Assembly (NCBI GenBank): GCA_001179505.1
Contig: CDMY01000295.1
Location: 310,001 to 374,000, forward strand
Reading direction: 5' to 3'
Length of the DNA: 64,000 nucleotides
Source of the DNA: Vitrella brassicaformis CCMP3155
Lineage: Eukaryota > Protista > Chromerida
Part shown: positions 10,661 through 24,696 of the stretch, piece by piece
Numbering within the stretch: position 1 is the stretch's first letter
Layout of the letters: each line of letters starts with the position of its first letter
Notes under the pieces: generated by a model
Told to the model about the DNA's origin: nothing
The model's database searches: none
The model's input: the letters and a program-made list of their open reading frames with translations, nothing else
Translations under genes and position numbers: made by a program

Positions 10661-12618
10661 GATGCATGTGTGCCTGAGAGTATGAGTGTGTGTCTGTGTG
10701 TCTGCACACATACTCACAAGTTGTGGGGTCCGAAGTTGAGGAATTTGAGGTCCGCGAGGTAGCAGCCGAAGATGACGATCCACGAGGTCGTCTGGATCGC
10801 TGCCACCAGGAAAAAATGTGACGGAGCCACCTGGCACTTCGGATCGATGTCCAGCATAAACCTGCCACCCCACCACACAACACACACACACACACCAAAC
10901 CCCCTCTCAATGTCACTCTCGCCACGACCCTTCTCTCTCGGTGTCAGTCAGATCGGCCCACACCACAGGTACCTGTAGTTGACCCTATAGTGTTCGAGCA
11001 GGTGCATGCAGGCCCCGATCCCCCAGTTGACCAAAATGATGCTGAGGACCATTCTGAAGATGGGGAAGTTGGCCAAGACCTCGTCCAGGGTGTAGTCGGG
11101 GTTGGTCGGCTCCATGTAGCACATCACCACGATGTCCAGAAGCAGCACCATGCAGGCGCCGAGGAAGAAAAACAGACGGTCCTGGCCTGATTGACACATG
11201 GATAGACACATACACATATGGATGGCGGTGGGGGGGAGGGGTGTGGTTATGGCGGTTGGCTGACCAGGGACGTGTTTGGAGAGTTCCTTGAGCATCTCCT
11301 GCTGTATCTTGAAGTGGTCAGACGTCTTGTCGTCCGTTATCAGCCGATACAAGTCGCTGCACTTCTTCTGCATACACACAGAAAAGGGCTGCGTGTGTGT
11401 GTGTGTGTGTGTAGGCGTCTAGGTCTTCTTCTCACGGACCGACCTGTAGCCTGTGGACGCGGTCGAGCTTCTTGAAGGGCTGTTCCCGCACCCGCATGAT
11501 GTCCTCTGCCAGCCGCTCCACGCCACACAGCTTGTCGCGCTTCTTCCATATCTTGTAGAAACCCTACACAGACAACACACACACACACACACACACCGAG
11601 AGAGAGAGAGAGAGAGAGAGTGGGTGAGCTCTCGCATCCGCCCACCACACACAGACACCATTGGCCAATACCTACCATGTAGTTGAGTGACGAGTACTGC
11701 TCGAGCAGCTCACTGGCCGTGTACATGTTGCACAGCACCCGCTGGATGCGACCCCGGTACATCCGCCGCCACTTCTCGTCCTTCTTCTCCTTCTTCTCTT
11801 TTTTCTCCTTGTCCTTCTCGCCCTTGTCCTTCGAAGAAAACGACTCACCGCGGCTCACCTGGCGCACGTGAGAGGGACCCCCAAACGATGCCGACAAATG
11901 CAGACTCGCCTCGGAGGCACCACCTGCACCTGCACCGGCAGCAGTAGCATGGTTCGGCGAGCTGTCTGCCGTGTCCGGCGGCTGCGGCTCCCGCGGGCCG
12001 TGGATGGCAATACTCGGTGAGGACACTCCGCCTGTGTGGAGGCCGTGGGGGAGGGGCGCCTGCTGGGGCGTTGGCGAGAGGGGCTCCTCGGCCTGTGACG
12101 ATGAGGGGATGATGGGCAGAGGAGAGGGCCGGGCTGGGGCGGGGGGTGGCAGGGGGACTGTGGGGGGTGACGCTGCTGCTGATGCCGCCGCTGCTGCTGC
12201 ATCTGCCGACTGTCACCAAAGGAGGAGACACACACACACACACAGATACCACACGAGATCTGCGTCCTGTCCCACCAAGCCACCCGCCCAAGCTGCCCAC
12301 CTTCTTGCGCAATTCTTCGCCGAGGTTTTCCCTGATGGCCGCCTCGATGTGCTCGATGCGCTGCTCGAGGAGGTTGCACTCATTCTCAAAGAAGCGGTTG
12401 ACCTTGGCGAGCTCCCGCTCACAGGCGATGTCGAACATGCGCAGCTTCTCCTGGTCGGCCTCCCCCAGGAGGGGCTGCTCCGCCGGCGCGCCCTCTTGCG
12501 AGGCAACCGATGCCCGCCGTTCATCGCCCGGGAGGAGCTTCTTGAGCTCGTTATAGTTGATATACTCATTCGCCCACTCGGGCACGGCGTAGTGCGTCAG
12601 CTGCTTGCCGAACTTCAT
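8954..12618 (-). CDS. XPR1: SPX-EXS phosphate exporter (XPR1/PHO1/SYG1 family)
   Basis: N-terminal SPX MKFGKQLTHYAVPEWANEYINYNELKK, ELAKVNRFF, LLEQYSSLNY. EXS motifs PYYIRLMQC, NTGKY, YMFFWDVYMDWGL, RRLVQWALIRLENEHLTN. About 14 exons. Confidence 0.93.
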
Positions 12619-12719
12619 CTCGACCCCCTCCCTGCAGATCTATTGCATAGCTCGCAAAGCTTGACCGCAAGGGAGCAACAAAGGGACGTTTGTGGCGGTG
12701 CTGCTGGTGCGTGGGGATC
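12619..12719. promoter_or_regulatory. Putative bidirectional promoter between SPX-EXS and EMC6 (101 bp between start codons)
   Basis: Divergent ATGs at 12618 (-) and 12720 (+). Confidence 0.6.
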
Positions 12720-13315
12720 ATGGCAGTGAAGAAGGATCGTCGGTTCTTTGACGAGCAGCTGATCATCGAGAGCATGCTCGGGCACAACAGGAGAGTCGTC
12801 GCTCACTGGTGAGGGGGGGGAGGGATGGCCGTCACACACAGAAGATGTGCACTGCGTTTTGTTCGGCCTCTTGTCTGGGTGTGTTGTGTTGTGTTTGCAG
12901 TCGCAACTTCGCCGCCATTGTGAGTGGGCTGGCTGCCGGCATCCTGGGACTCACGGGGCTCTGGGGTGAGCGAAGCGAAGCCGAATGACGTGGCCTGGAT
13001 GGATTGATTGCACATCACATAGATATGTGACGCTGTTGTGTGGTCAGGTCTGTTGGTCTTTGTGATGGCCACGCTGGGTATATCGCTGATACTGCTGGCT
13101 CGAGTCAACTTTGACACTTCGTTGTACTTCCCGACGGTCAAGGAGGTCCTCATCGGACAGTTCTGGCACGGCATGATGGTACGCACACACACGCACTGTC
13201 AAAACGTGCATGTGTGGATGCATCAAAGATACCTGTCCACTTCGGTTCGGTGTGTGTGTGTCAGTCGTTCATTCTCTTTTGGACGTTGGCATACGACATG
13301 GTGTACATCTTCTGA
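12720..13315 (+). CDS. EMC6: ER membrane protein complex subunit 6
   Basis: Spliced protein MAVKKDRRFFDEQLIIESMLGHNRRVVAHCRNFAAIVSGLAAGILGLTG...GLLVFVMATLGISLILL...SFILFWTLAYDMVYIF* matches EMC6 hallmarks (GxxAGILGLTG; FWTxxYxxVxxF/Y end). Missed as a unit by the ORF track. Confidence 0.92.
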
Positions 13316-14100
13316 CTGACTGTCTGACGATCTGCGTGCTGATATGACGACTCTTGCCCCCCTTGCCGACGTGGTGCCCCTCTGACCTTTACTTGCCTGA
13401 CTGCAGTGATTGGATTGTACAGCCCGCTTAGCTAACAGCCATTCACTGATGATATGGTCGACGGATGCCGTCCCCACACTCACAAGATCGATCGCACTCA
13501 GCTCAGCTCACATGAGGTTGATTGAACAAATGAGCCAGCCAGCAACACACACACACACACACACACAGGCATCTGATATATACTGGATCCTCATTCAGAG
13601 GATCTAGCACCCACCAGCCGACCGCCTCCCCACACCCCACACACAAAGTGCCTACGTGCGGACACACACACACAGAGACATGCCTAGGGTCGTTGCTCAC
13701 TCCATCCATCCATCCATCCCTCCATCCATCCCTCCCTCCATCCATCCATCATGGTTCAAAAGGCGCCAGCCGTGCCCCAGCAAGCAGGAAAACACCATAT
13801 GGAATGGAGGCAATGCAATGCAGGCAAAATCCCACAGACAGACAGACAGACAGACACGCACACACACAGATACAGGCAGGGACGACAGAGCAACCAACCA
13901 ACCAACCAACCAGAGAGGGAAAGGATGCAGCCAACCAGTGAGTGCGTCGGGTTGGTCGCATCGCATCACGGAGGAAAAACAGGAGGCAGCAGCGCCGTCG
14001 CTCGGCTCGCTGCACACACAACTGACTGACTGACTGGGCTGCACACTAGTCAAAACAGATAAATGCACCTGCCCCCCTCCTTCCCCTCCCCCACTTCACA

Positions 14101-16788
<2,688 letters not shown>

Positions 16789-17142
16789 GGCGATGACTGA
16801 CTCAATGAGAAGAGATGACTGCCTGGGAACCAAAAACTCAAAAGCGAAGAGTTGCAATGAAACGATGAAGCCGAGTGGCTCAGGGCAATGAAACACTGCT
16901 ATCCGTGACTCTTAAAACGCTGTCACTGGTCCACACCTGTGGTCTTAGCGCGCAGACTGAGCTCGCACAAAGGGGAAGGGGAGATGAGGGGGAGGAGATG
17001 AGGCTGAAGCAGTGGTCTTCCTACTTCCTTCATCCTTGAGATCGATATCGCATCTCTCGACACCTTCAGCCTTTTCTCCCCTCTACTGCTCTATCTAACG
17101 GCCGTCAGCCCTGCAGGCGTCGTGGGTGAGCGTCAGCCAGCC

Positions 17143-19120
17143 ATGAAGACCAACAGGACCATGAGCAGCACCACCGCCAGAGCGCGCCGTCCCCTCCCAC
17201 CCCTCCTCTGCACCCTCACCGCATTCATCGCAGCCCTTCCCCCTGCCTCGCTCATATCGCCCTCCCACCACCATGGGCCATTCATCAGCAGACCAGCCTC
17301 AGCGTTTGCCCCGGGTTCCCTGGCGAGATCTGGAACGAGGCGGCCGCTCTGGCCGAGAGACCGGCCCCAGTCTCGCCCGCCCGACCTCCCGAGGACCGCT
17401 GACGCCCGAGGACTCTTCCCTTCACCATCACCAACGCGCGTGTCGGTTGCCGTGCGCGAGGCGCCTGTCGAGCCCACCGAGGCCGAGCGGCTGCCTCTCG
17501 TGTATCGCGTGCCGATCCTGGGAGGGTTCCTGCGGCTGTTCAAGCTGCTGATGCTGCTGCTGGTCAAGGGCATCTTCACCCCCCTGCAGTCGGCCATGGC
17601 CAAGAGGAAGGAGGAGAGAGCCGCTGCGGCCGTGGAGGAGGCCCCCAGTGCTGCAGACAGGGCGGCCGTCAGTGTGAGGGAGGACAAGATCGACAGAGAT
17701 GAGAGGGTGGCCGCTGCTGCCAAGCCGGTGGGCGCGGCACTCGCCGTGAAGACCCCTGCTGCACCAGCTCGAGGCGCTGGGGCGGCCGCTGAGACCAAGA
17801 GAAAGGTGGCGCCAGCGTCCAAGTCCGCCGTGGCTATCAAGGAGGAGGGAGAGAAGGAGGAGACAAAGGAGGAGACCCCCACTGGTGCCAAAAAGCCCCT
17901 CGCCGGTGTGCTGCGCTTTATGCGCAACGGCGCCGAGCCCGTCGACTACGGCATAGTGGGCGACACTGCCGCAACCGCCACAGCCACAGCCACAGAGGCA
18001 CCTGCTGCCCCAGCGACCAAGGAGAAGGCGCGGGCGCCCGCCGGCGAGACCATCACGTTCGCCACGGAGGCGACGGACACCGTCACCGAGTGGGCCGTCA
18101 ACGTGGCCACATCCGTCCCCATGACAGAGGAGGAGATCCTCGAGCAGAAGCGCATCCAGCGAGAGAAGATGGAGCAGCGGCTGGAGACCCTCCGTCAGAA
18201 CGTCGTGCAGCTGGCCGACGACCTGAGCTACGGCTTCAACAACTTCCAGAGGGGCATCGAGTACCTGAGCGATGAGATCGCGGAGGGGTCCGTCAAGGGG
18301 TGGCAGGCGTCAAAGCAGTGGGTGGTGTTCGAGTGGGTGGCGGGCCTGGCACCCAAGTGGGTCAATTCGGTGGCGGAGACGACCAGCCTTAGCTGGCAGG
18401 CCGTCAGCGATGCCCAGTGGAAGGCCAACCAGGAGGCCGTCAAGAGGCAGCAGAGGGAGGCCTATATGAGGGAGATGAGGGAGAAGGAGAGGGCCGAGAA
18501 GGACAAGGCAGAGAGGGAGAAGCCGAAACTGGCCGAGAAAGAAGACAAAGAGAAAGAAACGGCGAAGGCGAAGATGACACAGCAGCAGAAGAAGAAGAAG
18601 GACGAAGGCGGCGACAAAGGCGCCCCAGGTGAGCACAGCCCCCTCTCCCCTCCCCTCCCCTCCCTGCCCACACACACACTCACAAACAATCACAGCCTCC
18701 CAGCGCCTTTGTATCTGTCCTGTCATGGGTTGTCTGTCTGCAGGTCCCCCTCCCCCACTGAAGAAGGAGACCAGCCCCCCAGCGATGAAACAGGAGCCGG
18801 CTGACACCACCACCACCACCACCCCCGCGCCACCCCCGCAGCCTAAACAGGAAGCCGCCCCCAAAGCCACCCCTCTGCCCAAGGAAACAATCGAGTTCAA
18901 GTTCCCCCCAGACGAGACAGAACCAAAACAAGAGGAGACCACGCCGGCTGCAGGGCGGGAGCCTGTGACGACCACAGCAGCGGCGGCTGCGGTGTCCAAG
19001 GAGGAGAGGCGCGGCAGCAGTGAGCCCCCGATGATTGAGCTCAACATGGCCGGCAACCCTGCCAGTCTGCCATCAGTGTACCCCTTCCCCATCCACCAGC
19101 CGAGGAGGTCGGCATGGTGA
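17143..19120 (+). CDS. Putative plastid-targeted unknown protein (signal + transit peptide, amphipathic helix, coiled coil, Pro/Thr/Glu tail)
   Basis: Long exon 17143-18628, intron 18629-18743, exon to stop at 19120. N-terminus has hydrophobic LLCTLTAFIAAL, then ASAFAP and an R/S/P-rich stretch. Confidence 0.7.
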
Positions 19121-20175
19121 GGTGGGCGCGGCGCTCTCGAGGGCACGGCACGGCACAGGAGACGAGAGAGAGGAGATGGGTGTGTTGGATTTTTGCTGTG
19201 CATTTTGATCGATGCGTGCGGGAGAGAGAGGAGAGGTGTGAGAGGTGAGGAGGTATCTGGATGGATGGATGGATGTGTAATGTAGCTCGGCTTGCTGTGG
19301 TTGGTTGATGTTTTGATGCGGTCTCGCAAGTGAGTGGATGGGCGTGCCGGCGTGGTGTGAGCGTTCGTGTGCCCCCTTTATCAGTGTCCGCGTGTGGCTA
19401 GTGTTGTGTGAGGAATGCAGTGTCAGGGCCATACCATGCGCACATGCGTGTGTGGGGTGTGGGCGTGAGAGATTCCTGCGTCGTGTGGCCACGCGTGTGT
19501 GCGGGTGGCCGTCGCCCTGGGTGTGTATCTGGATAAGATAGATTCGATGAGTGACTTTTTGCCCTCATCTGTGTCGCATTTCCATCGCTTATTTCTCTTT
19601 CTCACCGGTCCCTGCACGCAACGTGATTCGTACAGGCGGATTACATATACACATGGCCTGTCTGAGTGTCTGCCTGAGTGTGGAGCTTCATGAGTCTTTA
19701 TGGGATCGATCATTCATTCCTGTGCAGCCCGGCTCGGTCATCCAGACATCATTGACTGGGTAATGCCTGGCATGAGCGAGAGAGATGTGATGATTTTTTG
19801 CCACCACGTTTGCTTGCCTGTCTGTCGTGCTTGCTTGGGCGAGGTTGGGGGAGGGATCAACGAGGGACGGCCCGTACTCGTAACGATGCATAAGTCTGTG
19901 TTGCAATGCATTTGTCTGCAAGAACGCATGAGCCTGGCCTTGCGTGTGTCCGACAGACTCTGAGTCGTCACTCCACAAAGTGTGCCCTGATGCCAGCGTC
20001 CATCAGCCCGATGGAGGATGCAATGCCAAACCCGCCCCTCTCTCTATTCCGCTATACAGCCAGCTAACCCATACGCTTCTTCCTCATCACACACAGCGCA
20101 CATTCCACTACCAGACCACTGCCTCCCATTCCCCCGCTGCACAAGACAAGGCCCGCACCATCCATCAACCATCCA

Positions 20176-21157
20176 TCAGAACCTCATCTTGATGCCGAGG
20201 TCCGTCTGCGCCACCCACTCAGCGATCTGCCGCCCATACAGCTCCTCACACAGCATCTCAGCCTCTAACACCTGCGCGGCGGGGAACATACGGAGAAGGG
20301 AGTTGAGCTCCCTCTCTGACGCACGGAGGGCCTGCGCGGTGAACTGGACCTTCTCTGGCGTCATAGTCTTGAGCGCCACGCGACTCTGTGGGATGGTCTT
20401 GCTCACCTGCCATGCAGCAAGCACAGGACATGGGAATGGCGCGTGTGTTGTCTGTCTTTCTGTCTTGTGTGTGGTGGGGTGCTGTGCTGACATGACACTG
20501 ACTTTGTTCCATCCGTCGTACTCTATGGCCTGCGCCAGATACTCGAGGGCGTCTCTCCCATGCTCGACGCCCTTCGCCCGAACGTTCCTCGGCAGAGCGC
20601 TCTCGGCCTCGTCGACGTTCTGCCTGAAGCCGTACTCCTTGAAGAGCTCCTTCACTCTAAGGGCCAGTGTTGACACATCCTGCCGCTCCGCCTTGGCCAC
20701 CAACTGCCGAATACACTCCCTGCAGACACAGCAGAGCAGAGCCGATATGCAATGAGTGACTGCAATGAACACTGGCTCGTTGACAGTCACTGCAGTACCT
20801 GATGCGCACCAGGTTCACCAGCGTCCGCCTGAGGTCCTCCGCGGCTTGTGCCAGCGGTGGATCTGCCAGCAGCAGGAGGGCCGACACGAGGCTGCAGGAA
20901 ACAAGATCACCACCCACATGATACCGCCTCCGGGCAAGCACCCAAGATGATTCGTCGCTTGAGCTGGTCAGCGCCGTCAGTGCCGTGTCAGCCGCCTTTG
21001 CAGCGATGGGTGGGGTCGTCGGAATCCGATGCAGCTTCCAGAAGCTGTGCAGGGTGCAGCCGTGCACATGGTGTTGCGGCGGGATGAAGAGTGGCTGATA
21101 GTTTGAAGATGCGGCGATGGAGAGCATCATGGCCATGCGTAGCACAACCGCTAGCAT
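20176..21157 (-). CDS. Putative thylakoid-lumen protein (tripartite presequence), helical mature domain
   Basis: MLAVVLRMAMMLSIAASS signal, S/T/A-rich transit region, RRR + hydrophobic SLVSALLLLADPPL + AQA lumenal cleavage site, then AEDLRRTLVNLVRIRECIRQL...GRDALEYLAQAIEYDGWNK. Intron 20720-20798 keeps frame. Confidence 0.7.
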
Positions 21158-21322
21158 TGATGTCGTTCGATCTTTCAGTCTTGTAGGGTTTCGAGTCGCA
21201 GGGTTAGGGTTGAGGACGAGAGTCGGGCGACTTTTCCCGCGTCTTTGAAGTTGGAAGTGCCATCGATCACTATCTGAATCGCACATCTACCACTCTTCAT
21301 CGCATCTAACACATCTTTGGCA
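21158..21322. promoter_or_regulatory. 165-bp divergent intergenic region with telo-box-like motifs
   Basis: TAGGGTTT (reverse complement AAACCCTA) at 21184-21191 and GGGTTAGGGTT at 21201-21211, between divergent ATGs 21157 and 21323. Confidence 0.45.
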
Positions 21323-23202
21323 ATGGAGCTGTCCGCAGAGAAATTCACCATCGCAGCCCTGCTTCTCGGTAAGGCACACGCCGAGGGCAGTCAAGGACAG
21401 ATGCGCACCTGTCTCATGCCACATGCTGCCCGCCAGCCACGCCACTGCTGCTCACGTGATGCATCTCTCGTCGGTGCTTGTGCTGTGGGTGCGCTTGCTG
21501 CAGGGATGCTCCTGCTGATGGGCATTCAGACCATGAATTTCCACCGGCAGATGGACAAGCTGGAAGACACGGTGCGCAGGCTGCAGAGACAGGTGGGTGA
21601 GACCACACAGTCGCATGAGAGAGAGAGATCTGAGACAGGGGAAGATGCCTGCCATCTGTGTGTGCTGGCAGGGTCCCCCGACGGCTGTGGCTGCCGGTGG
21701 TCGGCTTCGCGCTCTGCAAGTGGCCGACGAGGAGGCGCGCAACGACACCTTCGCGGCGATTGCCAGTGAATGGAGCACCACGGACTATGGCGTGCTCCGC
21801 TTCGACGACACCATCATCTCCACCAAGGAATACTTGGAGGGCATCGATCTCTTTGACCTGCTCACCATTGATCTTCACGACCTCTACAAGGTGCGTCCGT
21901 GAGGAAGGATGGATGCGGCTGCTGAGGCGAGTTGTGTGGGGTGTGTGTGGTCTCGTGTTGTGTGCAGCTGGAGGGCCTTGTGGTCTCGTTTGGCAACGGC
22001 AGCCGGTGAGGGGGAGTGGGCTGGACGGCGTGGCGTGGCACAGATCACGTCACGCACATGCTTGTCTCTGTCTCTGTCTGTGTCTGTCTCTCGCTGTGTG
22101 TGTGGTTCAGCTTTGAAGCCATGCAGAAACTCGCCCAGGTGTTCAGGTCGGCCGTGACAGCCAGATCAGATCAATCCTCCAGTGCTCACCGCCCTCTCTC
22201 TCGTCGTTCGTGTGTGGTGGTACAGGGACTACGACGCACCCATGATCGAGATCTACTTCCAGTCGGGCGACCGTATTGTCGTCGGCAAAGGTACTCACTC
22301 GCCACACACATGCCATCCGAACCGACGCACCCTCCCTCTGTCTGTCTGTCTGTCTGTCTGTCTGTGTCTGTGTCGTTCATCCATCCATCAGAGGGTGCCG
22401 CCTTCTTCGACAAGAGCGACCTCCGCACCCCGCAGGCCCTGTTCGAGGGCCCCGAGATGCCCGACGGCACCACTGGCCCCGAGCTCATTGACATTCTCAA
22501 CGGCACTTACCAGGCCATGCAGAAGGAGCTCTTCGACCTCTTCACCATCGATGTGGACCTCGACGAGGTGGAGGGCAACGGCGCCAACAGACGGAACCTC
22601 CAGTACCTCGGAGCGTAAGTGCAGCCATCGGATGCACACGTGCAGAATGGATGGATGAGCGTGTGTGTGTGTGTGTGTGTGCAGTCGGTCGTATAACCTT
22701 GCGAATGGTCGTCCGGGGAGCGTCTTTGACACCGGCCTGGCGCGACTGGGTGAGGACACCAATGCCTTCCTTGTCTGTCTGCATGAACGAAGGAATGCGG
22801 TGTGTGGTGGGTGTGTGGTGCAGCCAAGACGATCGACCTGACACAAGGTGCCCGTTTGGAGGCTCGAGGCAACTCTGGGTACGTGACGCACTCTACCCAC
22901 GCCACCACACACACAAGCGTATGCCACCTGTCTGTGTCTCTGTGTGCGTGTGCAGCCGTTGCGTTGAGGCTGCCGACTACTGCTTCCGCAAGAACGTCCC
23001 ATACCGATACGACAGACCAGAGCCCACAAATGCCGGTAAACAGGGGAGGGAGGGAGGGAGCCGCACAAATGGAAGGGCGACACACACCACACGCACCCCC
23101 ATCTGCAATGCAGCGCACTGCATCGATCAATGTGACTCACACGTGTGTGTCGTGTGTTCAGGGCCGGAAGTCAACTACGTGGCGGAGGGCAACACCAGAT
23201 AG
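21323..23202 (+). CDS. Multi-exon unknown membrane-anchored or secreted protein
   Basis: Hydrophobic AVGALAAGMLLLMGI followed by acidic exons joined at GT-AG sites (DDTIISTKEYLEGIDLFDLL; YDAPMIEIYFQSGDRIVVGK; QKELFDLFTIDVDLDEVEG). 5' exon structure uncertain; no family recognised. Confidence 0.6.
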
Positions 23203-24291
23203 ATAGAGAGAAGAACGGACGGACGGACGGACGGACGGAAGGACTGCCTAGCCTTCTCCCCCCCCCTCTCTCTCTGTATGTGTGTGTGTGTGTGTGTGTG
23301 CGCGTAGACCTCCGCAGCTGTGTGCATGTGATGTGTTCTGTTGTGTTGGTGTTTCAGTGAGATGAGTGCGTTTATCAGTGCCCCCGTGCGTGTGTTGTGT
23401 TGTGTTGAACGACCAGCCACGTACGTCCCCCTCTCGCCTCGCCTCTCGCGTGTCAGTGCTCTTTTTATCCATCACTCATTCAGCCAGCCAGTCATGAACC
23501 AAAAAGGTGGGAGTTGGGGTGTGGTGCGGTCGGCCGATGTGTCCATCGTCGTCGCGTCGCACACACGTGTCCTTTCAGTGCCTTAGATATCTGTGCAGTG
23601 AGTGCAGTGCATGTGTCTGTCGGCAGTGAGGGCGTGTGTGCCCTTTCTAGTAGGGCCATGGCATTGGAATGCATGAGCTGATGCATCCAGTGCTTGATTA
23701 CATCCCATCTCTGACAAAGGGATGGGACCTGGGGGAGGTGTTTTTTCCTTCTAGCTATAGGGGTAGGTAGAGGTACTGCGGCAGCCAGGGTACCTAGCTG
23801 GTTGGCTGCCAGAGAGGGGGTTTAACCGAGGTCGAGGCAGCTACAAGTGCCTCCGTCTGTTTGTGTCTCTGAGTGTCCATCTGCCTTTATCTAGGTGTGT
23901 TCCGCTTTTCTATCCAATGGCCAGTGTTTTGGCCATCATGATGCCGCCTGCCTGCATTCAGGCGCGCACTCGTTTTCTGGCGATGTCTGTCTGCACAGTT
24001 TTTCTCCCACACCCCTGACCGACCTTTTCTTTCTTCCCTTTTTTCTGTCGATGGCCGCCCATGCACTACACACCACGCTTATTTCTCTCACTGCTGACTG
24101 ACCTTTGGTTCCTTTTCTCACCATCTGTCTGTGTGATATATCGTTTTTCTCTCGTCTGTGTGGATGTGTGTGTGCTGTGGTGCAGGTAGGTACGTCATGG
24201 GCAAAGAGGTCTGCTTGTGTGGGGTGGGCTGTATGTGCTGTGCTCGGATGACATCGTGTGCAGTGTGTGAGGTGGGTGTGAAAGACAGACA

Positions 24292-24348
24292 GACTCGGCA
24301 ATGAGTCAGCCCAGCCAACCGACATACGTAACAATTCAGTTCTGACCA
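24292..24348 (-). other. Conserved non-coding block downstream of ankyrin copy 2 (homologous to 3379-3444)
   Basis: Direct alignment with the block at 3379-3444. Confidence 0.75.
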
Positions 24349-24696
24349 ACAATACAGACAGAGGGGATGAAAGCAAAGCAAGCAAAGGTGCACTGCCGTC
24401 AGCCGTTGTCAATGACATCTGACGACAGACAAATGCCGACAGAGTGCTGCCTTTCTCGCCTGGCACATGAAGTCAGCACATGTCTAAGTCACATGCGGCT
24501 GGCGCAAGACTCGAGACTGATTGACTGAAACGTGTTCAATTTAAGGTGCGCAATGCAACCTTGAGAATCCGTCCAGCTCGCATGAAGCACGTCAAAACTC
24601 GCAAACAGAACCGTCCTTGAATTGCAGCAGAAAGGAGTCAAACATGCAGCCACTTCACCCCTTACTGCCCTCTCCCCCTCTCCCTCTCCCTCTCAG

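Noticed and set aside
17133-17927. Long antisense ORFs (also 3660-4430, 24622-26241, 61272-62180, 62517-63434)
   Set aside because: Shadows of GC-rich sense CDSs with strong codon bias; no recognisable motifs.
23780-23810. 8-bp inverted repeat GGCAGCCA...TGGCTGCC in an atypical intergenic patch
   Set aside because: Too short to separate from chance; no second copy or element structure.
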